From contig CAWKDB010000010.1 in NCBI GenBank assembly GCA_963848295.1, positions 2,432,001 to 2,496,000 on the forward strand: a stretch of 64,000 nucleotides of DNA, read 5' to 3'. Positions 11,652 to 21,721 of this stretch are shown in pieces. The number at the start of each line of letters is the position of its first letter. The stretch's first letter is position 1. Both the position numbers and the translations under genes were made by a program. Below the pieces are notes generated by a model. It did no database searches. It was not told where the DNA came from and saw only the letters and a program-made list of their open reading frames with translations. The DNA comes from an uncultured delta proteobacterium (GTDB lineage Bacteria; Myxococcota_A; Polyangia; Haliangiales; Haliangiaceae).

Positions 11652-12467
11652 GTGGAGAACACGATCGTGCCCATGAAACCGACGCTGATGTCGCGGCTCC
11701 AGCTGCGGCCGGAGTTCCATCGCGCGATCAAGGCGCTGAAGCTCGTCGAGCTCGCGTCGACCGTGCTGTCGGTGCGGCCGCTCAAGCGCACGCTCCCGAA
11801 CGGCTCGCGCTACCGCGTGCGCTACGGCGAGAGCCTGCTGATGGCCGACGAGATCTTCAAGCGCCAGGTCTATCGCGATCCGTTCGTCGATCGCGAGGTC
11901 CGCACGTTCGTCGACCTCGGCTCGAACGTCGGCTACTTCACGTGCTACGCGATGGATCGCATCAACCGGCGCGATGCGATCGGGCTCTCGGTCGACGCGA
12001 ATCCGAAGATGGCCGCCGAAACCAAGTGGCACGTCGAGACCAACGGCTGGACGAACGTCGCGCCGCTGTGGAACGTCGTCGGCTTCCCGCTCGATGTCGC
12101 GGAGGGCAGCTTCTACCTGAACCCGTCGAACATCTCGGGCTCGGCGACGACGCTGAACCCGAACATCCCGGCCAAGGGCGAGCAGCAGAAGATCGAGGTA
12201 CCGACGATCGATCTCAACAAGGCGTGGCGCGATCACGCCGGCGATCGCCCGGTCGACGTCATGAAGGTCGACGTCGAGGGCTTCGAGGTCAAGGTGCTCG
12301 AGACCATCCCGGAGCTGCTGAAGAGCACGAACAGCGTCGTACTCGAATGGCACAAGTGGATCACGCCGCGCGATCCGGTCGACGACGTGCTCGGCCGCGC
12401 AGGCTTGCGCTTCGTCAAGGTCGTGAACGAAGACCCGCACTGCGGCGTCGCGTTTTACGAGCGCTAG
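11652..12467 (+). CDS. FkbM-family methyltransferase
   Basis: FVDLGSNVGYF and VDVMKVDVEGFE motifs; start GTG 11652 or ATG 11673. Confidence 0.85.
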   Translation: MENTIVPMKPTLMSRLQLRPEFHRAIKALKLVELASTVLSVRPLKRTLPNGSRYRVRYGESLLMADEIFKRQVYRDPFVDREVRTFVDLGSNVGYFTCYAMDRINRRDAIGLSVDANPKMAAETKWHVETNGWTNVAPLWNVVGFPLDVAEGSFYLNPSNISGSATTLNPNIPAKGEQQKIEVPTIDLNKAWRDHAGDRPVDVMKVDVEGFEVKVLETIPELLKSTNSVVLEWHKWITPRDPVDDVLGRAGLRFVKVVNEDPHCGVAFYER

Positions 12468-12581
12468 ATCGAGCGACGCGACAAGCGCGACGACGTGGGC
12501 GAGGACGTAGTCGCGCTCCACGACCCGAGCATCGACGCCGTCCCGGCTCGCGACCCTCGTTATCTGTGCCTTCGACGTCAC
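12468..12581 (-). pseudogene. AbiEii-type nucleotidyltransferase toxin, N-terminal ~38 codons only
   Basis: GTG overlaps the antitoxin TGA; reads VTSKAQITRVASRDGVDARVVERDYVLAHVVALVASLD, then runs into the antisense of fkbM at CTAG. Confidence 0.65.
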
Positions 12582-13317
12582 TGGTGCACGACGTTCTGCA
12601 GTTCCGCCGGCGGTTGATCCCAACGAACCCACCACCTGGCGTCGCGGTACGACGAACCGTCGTGCCCCGGTTCGAGATCGATGTCACTGGTCGGCATGGC
12701 CAGAGGTTCGAGTCGATGTTCAAGCCCGGCGATGTGGAGGGTATCGGCGATCGATCCAATTCGACGAAGCGCAGGCCCCCATGATAAGGCGCGCGCGTAG
12801 GCCATCAATCGCGCCGCGTCGACCCCCTTGGAGGCTGCCGCACCGATCGCCTCAGCAAGAATCGCCACGCCTCCGACAAGCCGGGGTCGCGCCGCCGCGT
12901 CGAGCAGGGATCGTTCGAGATCCGAGATAAATACGCCGTCCTGCTTCTTGGCGCCTACGCTGACGGCTGTCTCGGACTCCTGCACGACCTTGAGTCGGCG
13001 CCCGGAGAGCGTGACGGTGCGCGTCGGCTTGGCGAGCGCGACCTGGATCCAGCGCGAGGAGTGCGCGAGGAGATCGAGTTGATCGAGCGCGGTCCGGTAC
13101 GCCACGCGATGTAGGACATCGCCAAAGCCGGCGGCAACCGAGAGAAGGATGCTCTCCGCAGCAGCGGTGGTACCGAGCGTCCCGAGCTGCCGGATCGCGT
13201 AGTGCCCGCGTCGAACGCGATCGAGCAGGCCGTCCCGCACGAGTCGGGCGAGGAGATTTCCACTTGCTGCTGCGGATAGTCCCAGGCGCGCAGCCGCCTC
13301 TGAACCGCCAGACGGCT
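12578..13317 (-). pseudogene. Type IV TA AbiEi-family antitoxin, lacking its 5' end
   Basis: wHTH-like LLARLVRDGLLDRVRRGHY; AYRTALDQLDL; ISDLERSLLD; ALRRIG; reading frame begins at the neighbour's stop, with no convincing start. Confidence 0.7.
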
Positions 13318-15933
13318 CTAGTAATTGAACACGAGCGTGCCGACGAACAGCGACGTGTTCATCGACGTCGCGACGGTCGCAGCATCGTCGTGAACGACGA
13401 ACGAGGGCGTCGCGGGCTCGGGCGCGAGCGCCGACGCGGGTGGATGCATCGCGGAGCACGCCCCGTCGGCCATCGCTGCTGGACAGACCGTGGTCGGCCG
13501 GAACGCGCCGACGCGAAACCCGAGCTTGTTCAGCCCCTCGCGCGTCAGCTTGCTCGGGACCTCGAGATGCACGCGTTGCCACCCGGTGTGGCTCACCGTG
13601 TAGGTCCCGATCAGGTGCGTCTTTCGGTCCGACGCCTGGTCGTAATAGTAGAGGTCGAGGTTCCAGTAGAACTGCACGGTCGTCGCCGCCGTGCCGTAGA
13701 TGTCGAGGTCGATCGACGTCGGTCGGCGGTCGTCGAGGAAGAACGTCGTGCTCGTGTCTTCCCACGGCTTCATCGGTTTCTCGCCGGCGAATCGCGCGCG
13801 CGTCACATCCGTCGCAGCTACGGCGGGCTTGCCTTCGAGCAAGAAGTAATCGCCCCAACCGTGCGGCGTGTAGATAACGTTGTCGACGCGGCCGAGCTCG
13901 ATCCGATCGGGGCTGTGGCCCATCGCGAGCACCGCCGCTCGGTCGGTCAGGCGGTACACCGACGATGCTTTCGGCCGCGGCTTGACGTTGTACTTCGGGT
14001 AGCCCTTCGTCTCGCTCTTGTGAAACACGAGATCGTAGCCGGGGAGCTTGCCGTCGAATTTTTGCAATCGGGCGTAGCCTTCGAAGCCCGGCGCGGCGAA
14101 CGCGAACACGCCGTCCGTGGGGTCGACCATGATCTCGGCGCTCTCGAGATAGACGTCTTCGATCTCGAGCTTGTGATCGAACAGGAAGCTGTAGATGTGC
14201 ATCGGCCACTCGGGGACCGGAATGTTCTTGCGATCGCTGACCCACGCGACCTCGCCTTGCGGCGACAGGGACGCGACGATGCCCTTGCGCTGGCGAAGCA
14301 CGTCGTAGACCGCCGGGTCGGCCGGATACCACAACAGGTTTAGATGCTTCACGTAGGTGTTCGGGCGGAACAGCACGATCGCGAGCACGGCGACGACTAC
14401 GACGCCGCGGCAGAAAGTGGGGATGCGCAAGATCGGGCGATACAGGAGCAACACGACCGGGGAGATCGCCGCGATCAGCCAGTATCGCGAGACGAACGCC
14501 TCGGTCGTCACGAACAACTGATTCGTATCGATCGACTTCGCACCGAGGTTCCACGCGAGCAACGCGACGATCCCGAGCGCGATGATCACCCCCCACGCCG
14601 GCTTCAGTCTCGCTATGCCCTCGGGCACCCACGCGATCATCAGCGCGATCGCGCGCCCGCATACGATCCAGATCACCGGCAGGAAGAACGACAGGTAGTG
14701 GCCGTAGCCATAACCCTGGTAGCCGTAGAGCGGCAGGACCACGAAGTTCAAGACGACGATGAACCCGATCATCGCTCCGAGCTTGCGCACCGCTGCGCTG
14801 CGCGCGTCGAGATCGAGTTGGTCGTCCGACGGCGGCGCATCTTCGGCTGCGGCTGGCTTCTTGCGACCCAGCCACGCGAAGAACCCGACGCCGAGCGCGA
14901 TCTCGAGAGGCCACGCGTGGATCAGATTGCGGATCGTCGCGACCCACGACGTCGTGAACTTCGCGATCATCTCGTGAGGCGCCTTGTCGATCAGGACGCC
15001 GAGCGAAAGCGGGTGGCCCGGCTCGGAGTACTTCCACCACGTGTCGGTGTCCATCGCGAACCGCGTGCCGAGCGGTTCCTGGTACATCGCGTTCGCGCTG
15101 AAGAACGGCGAGCCCCACTCCGACATCGAGTGGATCACGAACGGCAGACACCACAGCACCATGACCGCGAAAGCGATGCCTTCACTTCGCACGAACGAAC
15201 GCGCCGCCGCTCGCAGGCCTTCGGTTCGCCAGAGTCGCCATAGCCGTCGAGCGACCGTGAAGCTGAAGTACAGGATGAAGCCGCCGCCGATGTTTGGCCG
15301 ATCGAGCAACAGCCAGCCGAGCAGCGTTCCGGCGACGAGCGCACGCTTCCACGACATCACCGCGCCCTGCCGAAACCACCCGAAGAACACCGCGAGCAGC
15401 CCGGTGGTCAGCAACATCATGTCGCCGTCCTTGAGGTACAGGTAGACGTACGTCAGCGGATGCGCTAGCGCGATCAGCAACGCGAACAGCGCGGCCCAGC
15501 GGTCGTTCCACACCGATCGGGTCAGCCAGTAGATCATCACCATCAGGGCGACGAAGCAGATCAAGTTGTAGCCGAGGATGCCCATCTCGTACCCGTGCTG
15601 CCCGGTGACCGTGTACAGCGCGGCGATCGCGTACGCGGTGAACGGGAAGCGGTCGGCGTTGACCCAGTTCTCGTCGTGCAGCTTGCCGCGGTGATCGTAG
15701 AAATCGATCAGGAACGTCGGCAGATCATTCGCGGTGTAGCCGCGGCCTTCGGCGATGTTCTTAGCGACGTAGGCCGTGCGTCCGCTGTCCGTCATCCTGA
15801 CCTCGTGCGCGGTCTCGGCGCTGAGGTAGTTCATCTTCCATAGCGCGAAGATCGACAGCAGCACGATCAGGACCGTGCAGACCGCAAGCTCGATGATCAG
15901 AGCGCGGCGCGGATGAGGCGAAGCCTCAGACAT
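13318..15933 (-). CDS. Large ArnT/PMT-like GT-C membrane glycosyltransferase
   Basis: 871 aa; TM1 then MTDSGRTAYVAKNIAEGRGY; RFPFTAY; multiple TMs; large soluble C-terminus. Confidence 0.7.
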   Translation of the reverse strand: MSEASPHPRRALIIELAVCTVLIVLLSIFALWKMNYLSAETAHEVRMTDSGRTAYVAKNIAEGRGYTANDLPTFLIDFYDHRGKLHDENWVNADRFPFTAYAIAALYTVTGQHGYEMGILGYNLICFVALMVMIYWLTRSVWNDRWAALFALLIALAHPLTYVYLYLKDGDMMLLTTGLLAVFFGWFRQGAVMSWKRALVAGTLLGWLLLDRPNIGGGFILYFSFTVARRLWRLWRTEGLRAAARSFVRSEGIAFAVMVLWCLPFVIHSMSEWGSPFFSANAMYQEPLGTRFAMDTDTWWKYSEPGHPLSLGVLIDKAPHEMIAKFTTSWVATIRNLIHAWPLEIALGVGFFAWLGRKKPAAAEDAPPSDDQLDLDARSAAVRKLGAMIGFIVVLNFVVLPLYGYQGYGYGHYLSFFLPVIWIVCGRAIALMIAWVPEGIARLKPAWGVIIALGIVALLAWNLGAKSIDTNQLFVTTEAFVSRYWLIAAISPVVLLLYRPILRIPTFCRGVVVVAVLAIVLFRPNTYVKHLNLLWYPADPAVYDVLRQRKGIVASLSPQGEVAWVSDRKNIPVPEWPMHIYSFLFDHKLEIEDVYLESAEIMVDPTDGVFAFAAPGFEGYARLQKFDGKLPGYDLVFHKSETKGYPKYNVKPRPKASSVYRLTDRAAVLAMGHSPDRIELGRVDNVIYTPHGWGDYFLLEGKPAVAATDVTRARFAGEKPMKPWEDTSTTFFLDDRRPTSIDLDIYGTAATTVQFYWNLDLYYYDQASDRKTHLIGTYTVSHTGWQRVHLEVPSKLTREGLNKLGFRVGAFRPTTVCPAAMADGACSAMHPPASALAPEPATPSFVVHDDAATVATSMNTSLFVGTLVFNY

Positions 15934-16000
15934 TGGCCGGGGGAATCTAGCGGGTTTCTGGCCGCGTCGGGTGCGTTGGGCGCCCCAGTCGCTACTCCAC

Positions 16001-17008
16001 ATGCAGGCGTTGCAACGCCCCGACAGCCACGATACCAAGGCGGCAGTGGTGCATCTCCGGGCCCTCCTCGACCAGCTGCGCGGCAAGCGCGTGGTCGTCG
16101 TCGGCGACGTGATGCTCGACGAGTACTTGAAGGGCGATGTCGCGCGGATCTCGCCCGAGGCGCCGGTGCCGGTGCTCGAGGTCCGCAGTCACGACTATCG
16201 GCTCGGCGGCGCGGCCAACGCGGCTGCGAACATCGCGGCGCTCGGCGGCGCGACGACGTTGGTCGGCGTGATCGGCCACGACGAGACGGCGCAGGTCCTG
16301 ATCGCCCAGCTCGCGAGCCACGCGATCGCAGCCGAGCTCGTGCCCGACGCGGGCCGTCCGACGAGCAAGAAGACGCGGCTGGTCGCTCAGCAGCAGCAGA
16401 TCGTGCGCGTCGACCTCGAGCAGCGCGCGCCGATCGGCGGCGAGGTCGCGGCTAACGTGCGCGCGGCGATCGATCGTGCGCTCGTCGGTGCGCACGCGAT
16501 CGTCGTGTCGGACTACGCGAAAGGGGTCGTGACCGCGGAGATCGCGCAGTATGCAATTCGCGCGGCGCGCGCGGCCGGCGTCGCCTCGATCGTCGATCCG
16601 AAACAGCGCGGCTTCGCGGCCTATGCCGGCGCCACGGTGATCACGCCGAACCTGCACGAGCTCGAGGGCGCGGCGCCGCATCACGCGACGTTCGAGATCG
16701 AGCGCGCGGCGATGTCGCTGTTGCCGCTGATCGACGGCAGCGCGCTACTCGTCACGCGCAGCGCCGATGGCATGACGCTCTACCGCACCGGCGCCGCGTC
16801 GTTTCACGTGCCCGCGATGGCGAAGGAAGTGTTCGACGTCACCGGCGCCGGCGACACGGTGGTCGCGACGGTGGCGCTCGCGTTGGCCGCGGGGGTCGCG
16901 ATCGAGCAGGCGATCGAGCTCGCGAGCGTCGCGGCGGCAGTCGCGGTGTCGAAGCGCGGAACCTCGACGGTCAGTCCCGCCGAGCTCGCGGCGGCGCTGC
17001 CCCAATAA
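16001..17008 (+). CDS. rfaE1: D-glycero-beta-D-manno-heptose-7-phosphate kinase (HldA/RfaE domain I)
   Basis: GDVMLDEY..G..RISPEAPVPV; LGGAANAAAN; SDYAKG; DVTGAGDTV. Confidence 0.93.
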   Translation: MQALQRPDSHDTKAAVVHLRALLDQLRGKRVVVVGDVMLDEYLKGDVARISPEAPVPVLEVRSHDYRLGGAANAAANIAALGGATTLVGVIGHDETAQVLIAQLASHAIAAELVPDAGRPTSKKTRLVAQQQQIVRVDLEQRAPIGGEVAANVRAAIDRALVGAHAIVVSDYAKGVVTAEIAQYAIRAARAAGVASIVDPKQRGFAAYAGATVITPNLHELEGAAPHHATFEIERAAMSLLPLIDGSALLVTRSADGMTLYRTGAASFHVPAMAKEVFDVTGAGDTVVATVALALAAGVAIEQAIELASVAAAVAVSKRGTSTVSPAELAAALPQ

Positions 17009-17097
17009 AGGAGCGGCTTCGCCGTCATGGTTCCCTCCCCAACCCCTGCCGCTTATACCGACCGTGTGCGCTACGCGCTACGGTCTCCTAGCGAGCC

Positions 17098-19626
17098 ATG
17101 ACCGCGGACCGGGCTCTGCGCACGGTGACGATCGCGGTCGCGATCGCGGTCGCGGCGATCGGGCTCGCGTTGCCGCACTCGATCGTGCTCGGCGGCGCGG
17201 CGTGGCTCGTCGCGCTGTTCCTCGCGCTGTCGGGTTGGGGATGGCTCGTCACGCGGGTCGCGCACATCGACGATGTCGACTTCGGCCTGCGCACCGCGTG
17301 GGGGGTCGCGGCGTATCTCGGCGTGGCCGGCGTGCTCGTCATGATCGGCATCTGTTCGCGCGGCATGATCCTCGGGCTCGTCGCGGTCGGGCTCGCGGGC
17401 TTTGGCTGGCGCGAGCTCGTGACGCCAGAGCCGATCGCGGAACGGTTGCGTGGAGCGGCCGCCTTCGCGCGCGCTCGCCCGTTCGTCTCCGCGCTCGCGA
17501 TCGCGGGCGGGCTGGTCGCGGTGATCGTCATCCTCGGCGCGATCGTCCAGCTCGAGCGCAACCCGTGGGACGACGACCTCGCGTACACGCCGCTCGTCCG
17601 GCGCTTGCTCGACACCGGCAACCTGATCGAGCCGTTCTCGTTTCGCCGGCTCGCCGCGTACGGCGGCCAGACCGCGTTGCAGGCGCTCGGCGCCGCGCGC
17701 GGCAACCTCGCCGCGGTTCACCTCGTCGATCACGGCTTGTGCTTCGGGCTCGTGCTCGCGCTCGTCGTCGGGCACGCGCGGGCACGCACCCCGGCGCTGT
17801 GGCTCGGCTTGACCGTCGCGCTGCTGTTGCTGCTACCGGACATCTCGATCAACACCGCGAGCTACTGGAGCGGCGCGGCGTGTTTTCTCGCGCTCTATCG
17901 CACGATCGAACAGTCCGACGAGCGACCGCGCACCGCGTTCGCGATCGCCGCGCTCGTCGCCGCCGCGACCTGCACGTTGCGCCATAGCTACCTGCCCGTC
18001 GTCGTGTTGTTCCTCGTGTTCGTCGCCGGATCGCGGATCACGCGCGCGGCCTCGGAGTCCTCGTGGCGCGAGGCGTGGCGCGCCGAGTGGCGGCGCTGGC
18101 GAGTCGCGCTCGCGGTCGTCGTGCTCGTGCTCGTGCCGTGGTGTCTCGCCGCGTTCTCGTCGAGTCGCACGTTCTTGTTTCCGCTGATGCAGGGCACGTG
18201 GAACCACGGGCTGTCGCTCGATCCGTCGGCCTGGACGTGGACCGATTCGCTGTCGCACGTGATCGCGTGCTGCCTCGAGGTCCAGCCGATCGCGGTCGGC
18301 ATCGTGCTCGCGGTGCTCGCGCCGTTCGTCGTCGATCCGCGCCCCGGCCGGCCGCTAACCTCGATGTTCGTCGCGGCCGGCCTGGGGTTCTTGCTGCTCG
18401 TCCATGGCTTCGGCAGCGCCGACGCGCTGACGCTCTGGCGTTACGCGTTCGGCTACACGCTGCCGCTCGTGCTCGTGCTCGCGCTCGAAGCCGCAGCCGA
18501 TCCGGCGCCGATCCGGGTGACCGCGCTCGGCCGCTGGGTGCTGCTCGCCGCGCTCGTGATCCAGGTCGGGTTCGCGCGGACCGGCGTGGTCAAGCGCTAC
18601 GCCGGGATGTTCCGCGACCTGCGCGACGCGATCGCCGACGGTGGCGGCGCGCCCGAGCGCGAGATGGAGCACGAGCGCTATGCGGCGATGCAGGCGAGCG
18701 TCCCCGCCGGCGCACGGCTCGCGGTCATGGTCGATGACCCGGCGTACCTCGACTTCAACCGCAATCCGATCGCGAACCTCGACACGCCCGGGTTCGCGAG
18801 CCCGGGCACGCAGCTCCCGTCGTTCTGCGGTGCCGAGGCGATGCGCGCGTACCTGCTCGATCAAGGCTATCGCTATGCCGCGTTCGTGAAGTCGGATCGC
18901 TCGCGCTACTTCTTTCGCCGCGGGTTCTGGGTGTGGCGGCTGTTCAACGACGCCGAGATCTTTCAGGCGATGAGCGCGTACGCGATCGATACGATCGACA
19001 ACTTCGCGACGCTCGCCGGCAGCTCCCACGTGCTCTACGACGACGATGGCCTCGTCGTGCTCGATCTCGACGCGCGTCACGAGCCGGCACTCGAGCTCGA
19101 TCCCGACGACGAAGCGCTCCGCCGCGGCCGCTTCGTGCGCGCGCTCGCCGACCGCGAAGGCTTGCACGCCGAATGGGCGCTGAGCTCGCGCCGCGACATC
19201 GTGATCGAGGACGGGCTCAACGGCATCACGTACGTCGACCCCGCGGCGATCGCGGATCCGCACTGGAACGACGTCTACGATCGCGGGCACGAGCCGACGT
19301 CCGGTGTGCCGGTGAAGTGGATGCAACGCCGCGTCCATTGGCGAGTCAGAGGCGATCGCGCGATGCACCTGATGCTGCGCGGCCACGTCAACCTCAACGC
19401 GCTGTACAGCCGGCCGCGGCTCGACGTGTCGCTCGCCGGCGAGCTGATCGCCTCGACCGTGGTCGACATCCGCGGCAACTACATCGTGGACGTCATCGTG
19501 CCGGTCGAGTTGCTCGACGGTTGGTGCGATCTCTACGCGGTGTGGAACACGATCGGCCAGCCCGAGAAGGACGTCAAGGATCTCCGCGTCGCGCGCCTCG
19601 AGGAGCTGGTGTGGGAGCCGCGGTAG
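17098..19626 (+). CDS. Polytopic membrane protein, GT-C-like
   Basis: 842 aa; many TMs; loop PWDDDLAY; soluble C-terminal domain. Confidence 0.65.
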   Translation: MTADRALRTVTIAVAIAVAAIGLALPHSIVLGGAAWLVALFLALSGWGWLVTRVAHIDDVDFGLRTAWGVAAYLGVAGVLVMIGICSRGMILGLVAVGLAGFGWRELVTPEPIAERLRGAAAFARARPFVSALAIAGGLVAVIVILGAIVQLERNPWDDDLAYTPLVRRLLDTGNLIEPFSFRRLAAYGGQTALQALGAARGNLAAVHLVDHGLCFGLVLALVVGHARARTPALWLGLTVALLLLLPDISINTASYWSGAACFLALYRTIEQSDERPRTAFAIAALVAAATCTLRHSYLPVVVLFLVFVAGSRITRAASESSWREAWRAEWRRWRVALAVVVLVLVPWCLAAFSSSRTFLFPLMQGTWNHGLSLDPSAWTWTDSLSHVIACCLEVQPIAVGIVLAVLAPFVVDPRPGRPLTSMFVAAGLGFLLLVHGFGSADALTLWRYAFGYTLPLVLVLALEAAADPAPIRVTALGRWVLLAALVIQVGFARTGVVKRYAGMFRDLRDAIADGGGAPEREMEHERYAAMQASVPAGARLAVMVDDPAYLDFNRNPIANLDTPGFASPGTQLPSFCGAEAMRAYLLDQGYRYAAFVKSDRSRYFFRRGFWVWRLFNDAEIFQAMSAYAIDTIDNFATLAGSSHVLYDDDGLVVLDLDARHEPALELDPDDEALRRGRFVRALADREGLHAEWALSSRRDIVIEDGLNGITYVDPAAIADPHWNDVYDRGHEPTSGVPVKWMQRRVHWRVRGDRAMHLMLRGHVNLNALYSRPRLDVSLAGELIASTVVDIRGNYIVDVIVPVELLDGWCDLYAVWNTIGQPEKDVKDLRVARLEELVWEPR

Positions 19627-21167
19627 TCGCCGGACTCGCGATCGGCGCGCCGTGGCTCGCGTGGATCGGCGGCTCGACCGGCTTCGTCGCGATCGCGCTC
19701 GTCGCGGCGTTTCATGGTTGGGGCCGGCTCGTCGCGCGGCTCGCTGGTCGCGACGTCGGCGCGATGCTGACGATCTGGTGGGGCATCGCGGCGATAATCG
19801 CGCTGTCCGGCGCCGCGATCGCGCTGCACATCTACGATCCGACCGTGCTCGTCGTCGCCGGCGTCGTCGCACACACGATCTGGCTGTTGCTCGCGCCGCG
19901 TCCACCGTCAGTCGCGAATCGCTATCTGATCGTGCCCGGCGCGATCATCGCGCTGCTCGCGGTGCTGCACGTGCTCGGCGCGGCCGGTGCGGTTTCGGGT
20001 CACGCGTTCGACGACGACGGCAACTTCGCCGCGCAGCTCAAGCGCCTGGTCGACACCGGTGCGCTCGGCGATGCGATCGGCTATGCGCGCAGCGCTCAGC
20101 TCGGCGGCCACGCCGCGATCGCCGCGCTCGCGACCGGCTTCGGCGGCGCGGAGCTCGCCCATGTCGTCGACGCGCTCGCGTTTCCACTCGTGCTCGCACT
20201 CGTCGTGACGCGGATCGCACCGCGCGACGCGGGCTCGGCGTTATGGACCACGCTCGTCGTCGTGCTCGGCTCGATCGCCGCGACCGCGTACCCGGAGCTC
20301 GCGACCGCGTGGCTCGCGATCGGGTTCGTCGTCGCGCTCGCGCTGACCGCGTACGGCGACCGCGAGGATGATGCGTGGCCGACCGATGCGCATCTCGCCG
20401 CGCGCACCGCCGTGCCCTGTGCGCTGTGTGCCGGCGCGTTGATCGCACTGCGCGCAGAGCTCGTCCCGATCGCGATGATCGGGCTGTGGTACGCCTGGTG
20501 GCGCCGCCGTCGCTCGCTCGCGTTCGACGTGTCGCGCATCGCGGTGCTCGTGCTCGGTGCGGCGCTCGCGGTGCTCGGCTTCGCGTTGGCACGCCACGCA
20601 GCGTTTGCGTCGGCGCGAGTCCCTGCGCGTCTGCTCGGCGCTGGTCACTCGGGCTACGTCGCGCACCTCGTGTGGCCGTCCGCGCTCGCGACGGTGCTCG
20701 TCGTCGCGATCGCGCTCGGTCGACGCCGCGATCTCGGCGCGCCGACGCTCGTACTCTCGGCGCTCGGCGCGATGCTGATCTTCGAGGCCCGCGAAGCGCC
20801 CGGCCGCACGAGCTGGGCCTGGCACTACATCGAGCTCGCGAGCGACGTCGGCTATGGCGAGCACCGAGCGCCCGAGGGTGGCGACTACGAGCGCTTGCTC
20901 GGGCGCGTGCCCGACGGCGCGACCGTCGCGGTGTGGGTCGGTCGGCCCGAGCTCCTCGACTATCGGCGGCATCGCATCGTGGATCTTCGTACGCCGCACA
21001 CCGCGGCGCTGCGAGGCTCGCTCGACAAGCTGATCACCGCGACCGGCGCGAGCTGGCTGCTCGTCGAGCGCGACGACACCGACCTCGCCGCAGACCGCAC
21101 CGCGATCGCCACCCGCGACGGGGTGAGCCTGATCGACCTGCGTGTTACAACCCGACCCGTTCGATGA
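19611..21167 (+). CDS. Shorter paralog of the upstream membrane protein
   Basis: GAGGAG then GTG 19611; DDDGNFAAQLKRLVDTGAL aligns with DDDLAYTPLVRRLLDTGNL; VPDGATVAVWV aligns with VPAGARLAVMV. Confidence 0.65.
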   Translation: MGAAVVAGLAIGAPWLAWIGGSTGFVAIALVAAFHGWGRLVARLAGRDVGAMLTIWWGIAAIIALSGAAIALHIYDPTVLVVAGVVAHTIWLLLAPRPPSVANRYLIVPGAIIALLAVLHVLGAAGAVSGHAFDDDGNFAAQLKRLVDTGALGDAIGYARSAQLGGHAAIAALATGFGGAELAHVVDALAFPLVLALVVTRIAPRDAGSALWTTLVVVLGSIAATAYPELATAWLAIGFVVALALTAYGDREDDAWPTDAHLAARTAVPCALCAGALIALRAELVPIAMIGLWYAWWRRRRSLAFDVSRIAVLVLGAALAVLGFALARHAAFASARVPARLLGAGHSGYVAHLVWPSALATVLVVAIALGRRRDLGAPTLVLSALGAMLIFEAREAPGRTSWAWHYIELASDVGYGEHRAPEGGDYERLLGRVPDGATVAVWVGRPELLDYRRHRIVDLRTPHTAALRGSLDKLITATGASWLLVERDDTDLAADRTAIATRDGVSLIDLRVTTRPVR

Positions 21168-21721
21168 AGACCTTGCCGACCACGCTGCCCGGCGTCGTGA
21201 TGATCGAGCTCGACGTGTTCGGCGATCATCGCGGTCGGTTCATGGAGACGTATCGGCGCGATCGATATGTCGAGCACGGCATCGGGGTCGGCGTCGAGTT
21301 CGTGCAAGACAACTTCTCGTCGTCGCCGCAGGGCATCCTGCGAGGCCTGCACTATCAGCTCCATCATCCCCAAGGCAAGCTCGTCCACGTCACGCGCGGC
21401 GAGGTGTTCGATGTCGTCGTCGATCTGCGCCGTGGCTCGCCGACGTTCAAGCAATCGTTCGGCACGACGTTATCGGCGGACAACCATCGCCAGATCTGGG
21501 TGCCGCCCGGGTTCGCGCACGGCTTCCTCGTACTCTCCGAGCAAGCCGACTTCGCGTACAAGGTCACCGCGAACTACGATCCGAGCGACGAGCGCGCCGT
21601 GATGTGGAACGACCCGGAGCTCGCAATCGCGTGGCCGATCGCGGGCGCACCGACGCTGTCGAAGAAAGACGCCGCGGCCGCTTCGCTGCGCACCGCCGAG
21701 CTGCCGCTGTACACGCCATGA
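21164..21721 (+). CDS. rmlC: dTDP-4-dehydrorhamnose 3,5-epimerase
   Basis: DHRGRFME; FVQDN; LRGLHYQ; QGKLV; VPPGFAHGF. Confidence 0.95.
   Translation: MKTLPTTLPGVVMIELDVFGDHRGRFMETYRRDRYVEHGIGVGVEFVQDNFSSSPQGILRGLHYQLHHPQGKLVHVTRGEVFDVVVDLRRGSPTFKQSFGTTLSADNHRQIWVPPGFAHGFLVLSEQADFAYKVTANYDPSDERAVMWNDPELAIAWPIAGAPTLSKKDAAAASLRTAELPLYTP

Noticed and set aside
11607..12635. 342-aa minus-strand ORF as a full AbiEii toxin
   Set aside because: Only the first ~38 codons from 12581 look toxin-like; the rest is the antisense of fkbM
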